From: an uncultured Actinomycetes bacterium | Lineage (GTDB): Bacteria > Actinomycetota > UBA4738 > HRBIN12 | NCBI GenBank assembly: GCA_963704725.1 | Contig: OY969934.1 | Coordinates: 288,001-352,000, forward strand | Reading direction: 5' to 3' | DNA: 64,000 nt | Shown: piece after piece, positions 39,581-48,308 of the stretch | How the letters are laid out: each line of letters starts with the position of its first letter | Numbering within the stretch: position 1 is the stretch's first letter | The notes under the pieces: model-generated | Database searches by the model: none | Told to the model about the DNA's origin: nothing | Seen by the model: only the letters and a program-made list of their open reading frames with translations | Program-made: the position numbers and the translations under genes

Positions 39581-40267
39581 ATGTTCGTCTACGCCGACGA
39601 GGTCGCCGAACGCTATCCGGCGATCCGCGCCGGGGTCGCCCACGCGGCCGGCCTGACCAATAGGCCGAGCGGACCGGAGCTGCTGGCCGAGCTCCGCGCC
39701 GAGCAGCGAGCGGCCGCCGACCGGCTGGCGGTCACGACGATCGCGGACCTCCCCTCGATCGCGGCGTGGCGGCGCGCGTTCTCGGCGTTCGGCGCCAAGC
39801 CGACGCAGTACCGCAGCGCGGCGGAAGCCCTGCTGCGCAGGCTCTCCAAGCAGGGCGATCTCCCCAGCATCAACACGCTCGTCGACATCGGGAACCTGGT
39901 CTCGATCCGCTTCGCCGTGCCGGTGGCCGTGTTCAATCTGGCCACCGTGGCCGTTCCCATCACGGTCCGGTTCGCCACCGGCGAGGAGCGGTTCGACGAC
40001 CTCGGGTCCGGCGGGAGCGACGCCCCCGAGCCCGGCGAGGTGATCTTCGTCGACCGGGACGGGGTGGTGTGCGCGCGACGGTGGTGCTGGCGCCAGAGCG
40101 CCGGCAGCGCGACCGGTCCGACCACGGCCGAGGCGCTGTTCGTCGTCGAGGGTCACCACGCCGCCGCGGCGACGGACGTGGAGGCGGCGCTGGCGGATCT
40201 GACTGGGCTGCTCGCGTCGCACCAGCCCGCGAGCGTGGTCACGACCCGAGCGGTCGCTCCGGTCTAA
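39581..40267 (+). CDS. B3/B4 (PheRS-beta editing-like) domain protein
   Basis: AWRRAF..KPTQYRSAAEALLRR..INTLVD..RRWCWRQ. Confidence 0.88.
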   Translation: MFVYADEVAERYPAIRAGVAHAAGLTNRPSGPELLAELRAEQRAAADRLAVTTIADLPSIAAWRRAFSAFGAKPTQYRSAAEALLRRLSKQGDLPSINTLVDIGNLVSIRFAVPVAVFNLATVAVPITVRFATGEERFDDLGSGGSDAPEPGEVIFVDRDGVVCARRWCWRQSAGSATGPTTAEALFVVEGHHAAAATDVEAALADLTGLLASHQPASVVTTRAVAPV

Positions 40268-41177
40268 GGGCTTCGAGCGCCTCCGCCATCGTCGGCTGCC
40301 CCCCCGTGCCCCCCACCGCGCGGGTCGAGAGCGCGCCGCACGCCACGGCGAGACCGAGGCAGCGCGACAACGGCCACGACGCCAGGAGTCCGGCGATGAA
40401 CCCCGCGTCGAACGAGTCCCCCGCCCCGACGGCGTCGACGACGTCGACCCGGGGTGCGCCCGTGTGGACGAGCTCGTCCCCCTGCGCGGCCACCGCGCCG
40501 ATCTCTCCGAGCTTCACGGCGACGATGCCGCCGTGCGTGCCGAGTGTGCGGGCCGCGTCCTCGGCGACCTCGACGCGAGCGATCGCGATCGCCTCGGCCG
40601 CGTTGGGGAGGAACACGTCGGTGTGCGGCAGGAGCTCGAGGAGCCAGTCGTCCCACCCCCCGCTCGCGTCCCAGTTGGGGTCGACCGATGTCGTGGCGCC
40701 GGCGCGGTGCGCCTCCTCGAACAGCGACGCCAGCCCGGGACGGAGCGAACGCTGCAGGAAGTACGACGACACATGGACGTGGCGCGCCGACCGCACGAGA
40801 TCGAGGTCGACGTCGTCGGCGGAGAGCGCCTCGACCGTGCCCGGGGACGTGAGGATCGCCCGATCCGTCCCATCGGACAGGATGACCGAGAGTCCCGTGG
40901 GGCCGCGGCCGCCGGTGACGATCCCCGCCGTGCCGACACCCCGCTCGGACAGCGCCCCGACCATGAACGCGCCGAACGGGTCGTCCCCGACGACCCCGCA
41001 GAGCGCCGTCCGCAGGCCGAGTCGCGCGGCGCCGCACGCGGTGATCGCCCCCGAGCCCCCCACGACCAGGGTGTGCTCGACGAGCTGCTCCACCTGGCCG
41101 AACGCCGGCCGAACGTCCCCCCGCAGGACCAGGTCGGGGTTCACGTCGCCCAGCACCAGGAGGTCGAGGTCGGCCAT
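40239..41177 (-). CDS. PfkB family carbohydrate kinase
   Basis: GGSGAITA, VGDDPFG, DAVGAGDSF. Confidence 0.93.
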   Translation of the reverse strand: MADLDLLVLGDVNPDLVLRGDVRPAFGQVEQLVEHTLVVGGSGAITACGAARLGLRTALCGVVGDDPFGAFMVGALSERGVGTAGIVTGGRGPTGLSVILSDGTDRAILTSPGTVEALSADDVDLDLVRSARHVHVSSYFLQRSLRPGLASLFEEAHRAGATTSVDPNWDASGGWDDWLLELLPHTDVFLPNAAEAIAIARVEVAEDAARTLGTHGGIVAVKLGEIGAVAAQGDELVHTGAPRVDVVDAVGAGDSFDAGFIAGLLASWPLSRCLGLAVACGALSTRAVGGTGGQPTMAEALEALRPERPLGS

Positions 41178-41381
41178 GGCCGGCCCAGCCTATCGACCGC
41201 CGGTGTCGGGCTCCGGTGGGGCCGGGCCGGCGGTTGGCGCCGTCGCTGCAGGAAAGCACGTCGGCTTGCCCGCGATAGTCACGGAAGGGACAGCATCGCG
41301 CTCGAACGATGGCCGAGCGGTCGGTGCCGGTGGGCTCGCGCGTCGGGACGCTCCATCCCTCGGCACGAGAGGAGGGCGGCG

Positions 41382-41594
41382 ATGGACGTCGAGGAGCTCA
41401 AGCGCGGTGCCCGGATGGTGTGGGGTCTCGGCGACTACCGGGTGGAGGTGATCCTGCGATCGATGCTTCCGCCCGAGCGACTCGTCGAGTTCGAGCGCGA
41501 GGCCGAGCTCCTCGCTCGCGAGATGGCGCGGCCCGAGGGGGACGGCATCGTCATCCCGAACGCGTACCTGCGTGTCCTCGCTCGCAAGCGCTGA
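41382..41594 (+). pseudogene. collapsed class I SAM methyltransferase (N- and C-termini only)
   Basis: Good RBS. MDVEELKRGARMVWGLGDY is fused to ..VIPNAYLRVLARKR*, with no SAM-binding core. Confidence 0.55.
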
Positions 41595-41859
41595 GGGCTC
41601 GAGCGGCAGCCATCGACAGGCCCCTTGAAGATCCGGACCGGCCCACCCGATCGGTCAAGCGCCCGGCGATGGGGCGCAATGCGCTTGACCAGGCCTTTGT
41701 CGAACTGGTCGCCGATCTTGGCACTCCGACCGGTGGTCAACCCTTCCTGGCACACCGGTACTTCAGGTATCACACGCTCAGGGAAGGCTCGAGCAGGTTC
41801 GCCCGGTTGAGAATCCCCTGAGATACCTGGGGTTGAAAGAATGGAACATCGTGCCTAAC

Positions 41860-42102
41860 ATGTCCGAACGCTCGTTCGATGCGGAGCACGGGGAGGAGTC
41901 TCAGGTGATCTCGGAACGCACCCGCAAGCGCCGGGAAGCACTTGAGCGAACCCGGGAGGCTCGCCGCCAGATGCTCGAGGATCCGGCGATCAAGGCGCGG
42001 ACGCGTGAGGTGCTTGACCAGATGGCGGGAGGGGACAAGCCGAAGGAGCCTGGAATCACCAAGGAGAGATTGCCGGACTTCCTTCGTGAGCACAACTCCT
42101 AG
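41860..42102 (+). CDS. small charged helical hypothetical protein in a lower-GC patch
   Basis: Plausible 80-aa ORF with no recognisable motif. Confidence 0.45.
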   Translation: MSERSFDAEHGEESQVISERTRKRREALERTREARRQMLEDPAIKARTREVLDQMAGGDKPKEPGITKERLPDFLREHNS

Positions 42103-42185
42103 TTGGACTCTCGATCCTGATCGACTCGCCGAATCCCTGGCGGAGTGGCACCAAACGAATCCGAGCGTTCCCACAAGGGGTCGAT

Positions 42186-42214
42186 TTGTCTACCGAGCGG
42201 TAGAGATGCATAAT
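42186..42214 (+). promoter_or_regulatory. sigma70 promoter with internal operator palindrome
   Basis: TTGTCT-17 nt-CATAAT, with TCTACCG-AG-CGGTAGA (42189-42204) between the boxes. GTG 7 nt downstream (leaderless). Confidence 0.75.
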
Positions 42215-42221
42215 CTGCCGC

Positions 42222-44510
42222 GTGGTAGAGCCTCGGCGGCCCCGCGCGAGCTCGATCGTGAAGCGGCTCGCGGGCAGGAACGTCCTGGTCACGGGCGTGA
42301 CCGGCTTCCTCGGGCAGGCCGTGTTCGAGCGCCTCCTGAACGACTTCCCCGAGACGCGGATCACGCTGCTGGTCCGGCCCCAGCTCGGCTCGAGCGGGCG
42401 GCAGCGGGTCGAGTCGCTGTTCGGCCGGCCCACCTTCGGAGCCCTCCGGGACAAGCTCGGCAACGAGGGGATGAAGGCGGCCTTCGAGGAGCGGGTCGAG
42501 GTCGTCGACGGCGACTTCTCGCAGGAGGGGCTGGAGATCCCGGGCGGGATCGACGTCGTCATCCACTGCGCGGCCACCGTCTCGTTCGACCCGCCGATAG
42601 ACGAGGGGTTCCTGACGAACCTGCTCGGTGCGGTCCGCTTCTACGAGGCGGTCCTGGCGAGCAACGACGCCCCGCACCTGCTCCACGTCTCGACGGCGTA
42701 CGTGGCGGGCAACCGCAAGGGTGTGATCCCCGAGGCCACGCTCGACCATCGCGTCGACTGGCGGGTCGAGGCCGAGCTCGCGCTCCAGGCCCGCAAAGAC
42801 GTCGAGGCGGCCAGCCGCAAGCCCGAGCTCTTGGACTCGTTCCTGCGCAGGGCGCGAGCCGAGCACGGCCGAGCCGGCCCCCAATCGGTCTCCGACGACG
42901 CCGAGGACCGCCGCAAGACCTGGGTGACCAAGCGCCTCGTCCAGTACGGGCGGGCCCGGGCGCAGACGCTCGGGTGGCCGGACAACTACACGTTCACGAA
43001 GGCCATGGGGGAGCGCGCCGTCGAGGAGACCGCCGCCGCGCACGGCGCGCCGCTATCGATCGTGCGCCCCTCGATCATCGAGTCCGCGTACGCGCACCCG
43101 TTCCCCGGCTGGATCGAGGGCTTCAAGATGGCCGAGCCGATCATCCTGGCGTACGGCCGCGGCACGATCCCCGAGTTCCCCGGCATCCCCGAGGGCATCG
43201 TCGACATCATCCCGGCCGACTACGTGGTGAACGCGATGCTCGCGGCCGCAGCCACCCCGCCCGAGCCGGCGAAGCCCGCCTACTACCACGTGAGCTCGGG
43301 GTCCCGGAACCCCTTGCAGTACAAGGGCCTGTACGAGTACGTGAAGGAGTACTACGAGCGCGACCCGCTGCCACAGCACGGGCGGGGCGACGTGAAGGTA
43401 CCCGAGTGGTCCTTCCCCGGCCATCTCCGCGTGGAGCGGCTCCTCAAGACGGCCGAGCGCGCCGTCGAGGTGGCCGACAAGGTGGTCACCCACCTCCCGA
43501 AGTCGAAGAAGATGCGCGACCTTGTCGGCCGCCTTGATCGCGACAAGGGGCGGGTCGACTTCATCCGGCGCTACTCGGACCTCTACGGTGCGTACACCGA
43601 GGCTGAGGTGATCTACACCGACGACCGCACGGTGGAGCTGTTCGGCTCGCTCACCGCGGCCGACCGCAAGCGGTTCCCGTTCGACTCGGCCGCGATGGAC
43701 TGGCGCTACTACCTCCAGGACGTGCACTGCCCCGCGGTGACGCAGGGGCTGCGGATGCTGTCGAGCGCGCGACTGAAGCCCCAGGTCCGGATCCGCGAGC
43801 GCGAACAGCTCGTCCTGGCGCTCTTCGACATGGAGGGGACGATCCTGCCCTCCAACGTCGTCGAGTCCTACGTGTGGTCGCGCATGGCAGACCTGCCGTG
43901 GGACCAGTGGCCGGATGAGCTCGTCAGCGTGTTCTCGCGGATCCCCTCGTACCTGATGGCCGACCGCCGAGACCGCGGTGAGTTCCTCCGCACGTTCTTC
44001 CGCCGGTACGAGAACGCCACCGTCGAGGGCGTCGACCGGCTCGTAGAGGAGGTCGTGTCGGAGTTCATGCTCCAGAAGGTCTCGGCGGCGGCGGTCCGGC
44101 GGGTCCGCGAGCACCGCGCGCACGGCCACCGCACGATCATGATCACGGCCGCCGCCGAGCCGTTCATCCAGCCGCTCGCGCCGCTGTTCGACGAGGTGGT
44201 GGGGGCTCGGTTGGCGGTCGAGAACGGCATCTACACCGGCTACCTGGCCGAGCCGCCGCTCGTGGGCGAGGCCCGGGGAGCGTGGCTCCGCCGGTACGCC
44301 CTCCTCGAAGGGGCCGACCTGAAGTCGAGCTACGCGTATGCGGACTCGCACTCGGACCTCGCGCTCCTGCGGGCGGTCGGCAACCCCGTCGCCGTGAGCC
44401 CCGACGCGGCGCTCCTGCGCCTGGCCCGCCGCCGCCGGTGGCCGGTCGAGGAGTGGCAGATGGCCGGCGGCATGCCTCGCGTCCGTTTCCCGAAGCCGGC
44501 GGTGCGCTGA
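42222..44510 (+). CDS. fatty acyl-CoA reductase (male-sterility type) fused to HAD-IB hydrolase
   Basis: TGVTGFLG, HVSTAYV, YTFTKAMGE, RPSIIES; C-domain FDMEGT..YADSHSDL..GNPVAV. Confidence 0.9.
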   Translation: MVEPRRPRASSIVKRLAGRNVLVTGVTGFLGQAVFERLLNDFPETRITLLVRPQLGSSGRQRVESLFGRPTFGALRDKLGNEGMKAAFEERVEVVDGDFSQEGLEIPGGIDVVIHCAATVSFDPPIDEGFLTNLLGAVRFYEAVLASNDAPHLLHVSTAYVAGNRKGVIPEATLDHRVDWRVEAELALQARKDVEAASRKPELLDSFLRRARAEHGRAGPQSVSDDAEDRRKTWVTKRLVQYGRARAQTLGWPDNYTFTKAMGERAVEETAAAHGAPLSIVRPSIIESAYAHPFPGWIEGFKMAEPIILAYGRGTIPEFPGIPEGIVDIIPADYVVNAMLAAAATPPEPAKPAYYHVSSGSRNPLQYKGLYEYVKEYYERDPLPQHGRGDVKVPEWSFPGHLRVERLLKTAERAVEVADKVVTHLPKSKKMRDLVGRLDRDKGRVDFIRRYSDLYGAYTEAEVIYTDDRTVELFGSLTAADRKRFPFDSAAMDWRYYLQDVHCPAVTQGLRMLSSARLKPQVRIREREQLVLALFDMEGTILPSNVVESYVWSRMADLPWDQWPDELVSVFSRIPSYLMADRRDRGEFLRTFFRRYENATVEGVDRLVEEVVSEFMLQKVSAAAVRRVREHRAHGHRTIMITAAAEPFIQPLAPLFDEVVGARLAVENGIYTGYLAEPPLVGEARGAWLRRYALLEGADLKSSYAYADSHSDLALLRAVGNPVAVSPDAALLRLARRRRWPVEEWQMAGGMPRVRFPKPAVR

Positions 44511-44601
44511 TGAGAGGGATGGCGCCTTCCGAACGCGGTCGATCTCGAATTCGGTATCGAGTCGTCTCGGGAGGTCTGCATGTGTGCCGGGTGCCGGGCC
44601 G

Positions 44602-45807
44602 ATGACGGTCCAGGCGCTCGAGCTGTTCCGCTCGGCCCCGCGGTACCTGACGGCTCGCGCGGTGGGCGACAGGGTCCCCGGCCTGCTCTCCGGCGCCCTC
44701 GCCCCGATGCGGCTCGTGAACAAGAAGGACCCCGAGGTGAAGGGCCCCGGCTGGGCCCGTGTGCGCCCCCTGCTCTCCGGTATCTGCGGCTCCGACCTCG
44801 CCACGATCAGCGGCAAGTCGAGCTTCTATTTCTCGCCGCTCGTCTCGCTCCCGTTCGTCCCCGGCCACGAGGTCGTGGGCGAGCTGATCGACGACGTCGA
44901 CGACCTCCCCGCCGGCACGCGGATCGCGCTCGAGCCGGTCCTGTCGTGCCTGGCCCGCGGCCTCGACCCGTGCCCGAACTGCGCCGCCGGCCTCACCGGC
45001 CGGTGCGACCGCGTTACCACCGGCCACGTCAGCGCCGGCCTCCAGACCGGGTACTGCGCCGACACCGGCGGGGGCTGGTCGAGGATGTTCGTCGCGCACC
45101 GGTCGCAGCTCCACCCGGTGCCGGACGAGCTCTCCGACCGCCGCGCCGTGCTCGTCGAGCCGCTCTCGTGCGCCGTCCACACCGCGCTCCGCGCGAACGT
45201 CGAGCCGAACGCGAACGTGCTCGTCGTCGGCGCGGGGACGGTCGGCGTCCTCGTCCTCCTCGCGCTGAAGGAGCTGACGAAGGCGGGCCGGATCACCGTC
45301 GTGGCCAAACACGGCGCCCAGCGCGAGTGGGCGAGGGCGTTCGGCGCCACCGAGGTCGTCGACACGAAGGAGGCCACGAACGCCGTCCGCCGCTCGAGCC
45401 ACGCGATGAAGCTGAAGCCCGAGTACGGGCCCTCGTTCCTGCTCGGCGGTGTCGACGTGGCGATCGACTGCGTGGGCTCGAAGGCAAGCCTCGACCTGGC
45501 GCTCCGGACCACCAAGGCGGGCGGGCGCGTCGTTGCGGCCGGCATCCCCGGCCCCGGCGCCGACCTCACGCCGCTGTGGTACCGCGAGCTCGAGCTCGTC
45601 GGCGCCTACACCGGCGGGATCGAGACCGTCGAGGGCGAGCAACGCAGCGCCTTCGACCTCGCCATCGACATCGCCCGCGAGAACCCGATCGACGGGATCG
45701 TCGGCGCGACCTACCCCCTCCCGCGGTGGCGCGAGGCCATCGACCACGCCCTCGGCGCGGGCAAGCTCGGCACGCTCCGCGTGGCCTTCGACCCTCGAAA
45801 GGACTGA
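44602..45807 (+). CDS. Zn-binding dehydrogenase
   Basis: SGICGSD, PGHEVVG, structural Cys cluster, GAGTVG. Confidence 0.9.
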   Translation: MTVQALELFRSAPRYLTARAVGDRVPGLLSGALAPMRLVNKKDPEVKGPGWARVRPLLSGICGSDLATISGKSSFYFSPLVSLPFVPGHEVVGELIDDVDDLPAGTRIALEPVLSCLARGLDPCPNCAAGLTGRCDRVTTGHVSAGLQTGYCADTGGGWSRMFVAHRSQLHPVPDELSDRRAVLVEPLSCAVHTALRANVEPNANVLVVGAGTVGVLVLLALKELTKAGRITVVAKHGAQREWARAFGATEVVDTKEATNAVRRSSHAMKLKPEYGPSFLLGGVDVAIDCVGSKASLDLALRTTKAGGRVVAAGIPGPGADLTPLWYRELELVGAYTGGIETVEGEQRSAFDLAIDIARENPIDGIVGATYPLPRWREAIDHALGAGKLGTLRVAFDPRKD

Positions 45808-45815
45808 GACCAACC

Positions 45816-47402
45816 ATGGCGCGACCGGGTTTCGTGTTGGAAGTCGACGAGCGGACGCCTCCGCTCCTCGTCCACCAGGGCGAGGGGTTCCGGCTCCAGA
45901 AGTTCCCGCTCGGCTCGCGGGTGATCTACCCGCCGGACTCGCTCCCGGCGATCCGCAACGTCCGCGGCGCGATCCGCCACGCCCTCGAGCACCCCGTCGA
46001 CGCCGAGCCCCTCCGCGAGTTGCTCACGCCCGGCATGAAGCTCACGATCGCGATCGACGACGTCTCGCTCCCGCTCCCGCCGATGCGGAGCCCCGACGTC
46101 CGCCAGCTCGTGCTCGAGGAGGTCATCGAGCTCGCGGCCCACGAGGGCGTCGAGGACGTCAAGCTCTACATGGCCAACTCGCTGCATCGCCGGATGACCG
46201 CCGACGAGATCAAGCACGCCGTCGGCGAGCGCGTGTTCCGCTCGTTCTACCCGAAGGACCTCAAGAACCACGACGCCGAGGACCGCGACAACCTCGTCTT
46301 CGTCGGCACCACCGACCAGGGCGAGGAGGTCGAGCTCAACAAGCGGGCCATGGAGTCGGACCTGCTCGTCTACGTGAACATCAACCTCGTGGCCATGGAC
46401 GGTGGCCACAAGGCCGTGCCGGTCGGCCTGGCGAGCTACCGCAGCGTCCGCCATCACCACAACGTGCACACGATGCTGCACTCGAAGTCGTACATGGACC
46501 CCCGGCCCGGGCGCTCGGCGATCCACGACTCGTGCGCCCGGATGGGCCTCGTGCTGAAGGACGCCGGTCTGAAGATCTTCCAGATCGAGACCACGCTGAA
46601 CAACGAGACCTTCCCCAAGCCCTTCGGCTTCATGAACAAGCGCGAGTGGGAATGGTCGCTGATCGAGCAGGGCACGTACCTCGCGGCGAAGAAGGCCAAC
46701 GAGCTCGGCCCGAGCGCAGCCAAGCACCAGATCTGGACGCGGATCGAGTCGCCCTACGGCGTGACCGGGGTCAACGCCGGCGCCGTCGACGGCGTGCACG
46801 AGCGGACGCTGGCCCGCTTGCACGAGCAGCAGCTCGTCGAGGTGCAGGGCCAGAGCGACGTCATGGTGATCGGCCTGCCGTACGTCGGCCCGTACAACGT
46901 GCACTCGATCATGAACCCGATCCTCGTGCACTGCCTGGGGCTCGGCTACCTGTTCAACATGTACCGGAACAAGCCGGTGGTGCGGCCGGGCGGCGTGATG
47001 ATCCTGTTCCACCCGATGCCGAACGAGTTCCACCAGGTCCACCACCCGAGCTACGTCGACTTCTTCGAGGAGGTCCTGGCCGAGACCACCGACCCCAGCA
47101 CGATCGAGTCGAAGTACGAGGAGCGGTACGCCACCGACCCCTGGTACATACACCTGTACCGCAAGAGCTACGCGTACCACGGCGTGCACCCCTTCTACAT
47201 GTGGTACTGGGGCGCGCACGCGCTCGACTACCTCGGCGACGTGGTGGTGGTCGGCGGTGACGCCAAGGTGTGCGAGCGCCTGGGCTACCGGGCGGCGTCG
47301 AGCTTCCGCGACGCGCTCGAGATGGCCGGCGAGAAGGTGGGCCGCTCGCCCTCGATCAGCTACCTCCACGTGCCCCCGTTGGCGATCGCGGACGTGCGAT
47401 GA
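45816..47402 (+). CDS. lactate racemase (LarA/DUF2088)-domain protein
   Basis: ALEHPV..PLRELL..IAIDDVSLP, ANSLHRRMT, NHDAED, GGHK. Confidence 0.8.
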   Translation: MARPGFVLEVDERTPPLLVHQGEGFRLQKFPLGSRVIYPPDSLPAIRNVRGAIRHALEHPVDAEPLRELLTPGMKLTIAIDDVSLPLPPMRSPDVRQLVLEEVIELAAHEGVEDVKLYMANSLHRRMTADEIKHAVGERVFRSFYPKDLKNHDAEDRDNLVFVGTTDQGEEVELNKRAMESDLLVYVNINLVAMDGGHKAVPVGLASYRSVRHHHNVHTMLHSKSYMDPRPGRSAIHDSCARMGLVLKDAGLKIFQIETTLNNETFPKPFGFMNKREWEWSLIEQGTYLAAKKANELGPSAAKHQIWTRIESPYGVTGVNAGAVDGVHERTLARLHEQQLVEVQGQSDVMVIGLPYVGPYNVHSIMNPILVHCLGLGYLFNMYRNKPVVRPGGVMILFHPMPNEFHQVHHPSYVDFFEEVLAETTDPSTIESKYEERYATDPWYIHLYRKSYAYHGVHPFYMWYWGAHALDYLGDVVVVGGDAKVCERLGYRAASSFRDALEMAGEKVGRSPSISYLHVPPLAIADVR

Positions 47403-48304
47403 GCTTCGTCGACGAGATCCGCGACGTCGCCAAGGGCTGGCGGTGGGGCCGCCGGACGATGACCCCGCGCTCGGCCCTCGAGTCGACGCCGCCGCCCAAG
47501 CGCTGGGACTTCCCCACGGACTGGGCCAGGACCGACGCGGCCGGCGTGGCGCGGGACGTGATCCTGGACTACGGGATCAAGTCGATCATCTGGAACGAGA
47601 CGAGCCCCGAGGTCTTCGGCCTCGACAACCTCGAGGGGCTGAAGGGCCCGGTGATGTTCATCTCGAACCACTCGAGCCACCTCGACGCGTCGATCCTCAT
47701 GGTCACGCTGCCGAAGGACTGGCGCGAGAAGACCGCGACCGCGGCGGCCAAGGACTACTTCTTCGACGTGTGGTGGCGCTCGGCGTTCACGGCGCTCGTG
47801 TACGCGGGCTTCCCGGTCGAGCGCGGCGCCGGCGAGCGGGCCACGGCCAAGGCCAAGGAGCTGATCCGCGACGGCTGGAACATCATCGTGTTCCCCGAGG
47901 GGACGAGGTCGGTCGACGGCTGGCTCCAGCGCTTCCGCCACGGGACGGCCAAGCTGGCCCTCGAGATGCACATGCCGGTGATGCCGGTGGCGATCGTCGG
48001 CGCATACGCGGCGATGCCGAAGGGCCGGTCCTGGCCCAAGCCGGGCCGGCCGCCGATCCGGGTCCGGTACGGCAAGCCGCTGTTCCCGGCCGAGGGCGAG
48101 ACGCACCAGCAGCTCTCGCTCCGGATGCAGCAGGCCGTGGCCGAGCTGTTCGACGAGGACCGCACGAGCTGGTTCGAGGCCCAGCAGCGCGCCGCCCGCG
48201 GCGAGACCCCCAAGATGACCGGCCCCCAGGGCCCCGGCTGGCTCCGGACCTGGGAGGGCACGAGGCCGATCCGCCGCAGCGGCAAGCCCCCGGTCTGGAA
48301 GTGA
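47399..48304 (+). CDS. PlsC-type lysophospholipid acyltransferase
   Basis: NHSSHLD (HX4D), FPEGTRS. Confidence 0.93.
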   Translation: MSFVDEIRDVAKGWRWGRRTMTPRSALESTPPPKRWDFPTDWARTDAAGVARDVILDYGIKSIIWNETSPEVFGLDNLEGLKGPVMFISNHSSHLDASILMVTLPKDWREKTATAAAKDYFFDVWWRSAFTALVYAGFPVERGAGERATAKAKELIRDGWNIIVFPEGTRSVDGWLQRFRHGTAKLALEMHMPVMPVAIVGAYAAMPKGRSWPKPGRPPIRVRYGKPLFPAEGETHQQLSLRMQQAVAELFDEDRTSWFEAQQRAARGETPKMTGPQGPGWLRTWEGTRPIRRSGKPPVWK

Positions 48305-48308
48305 TCAG

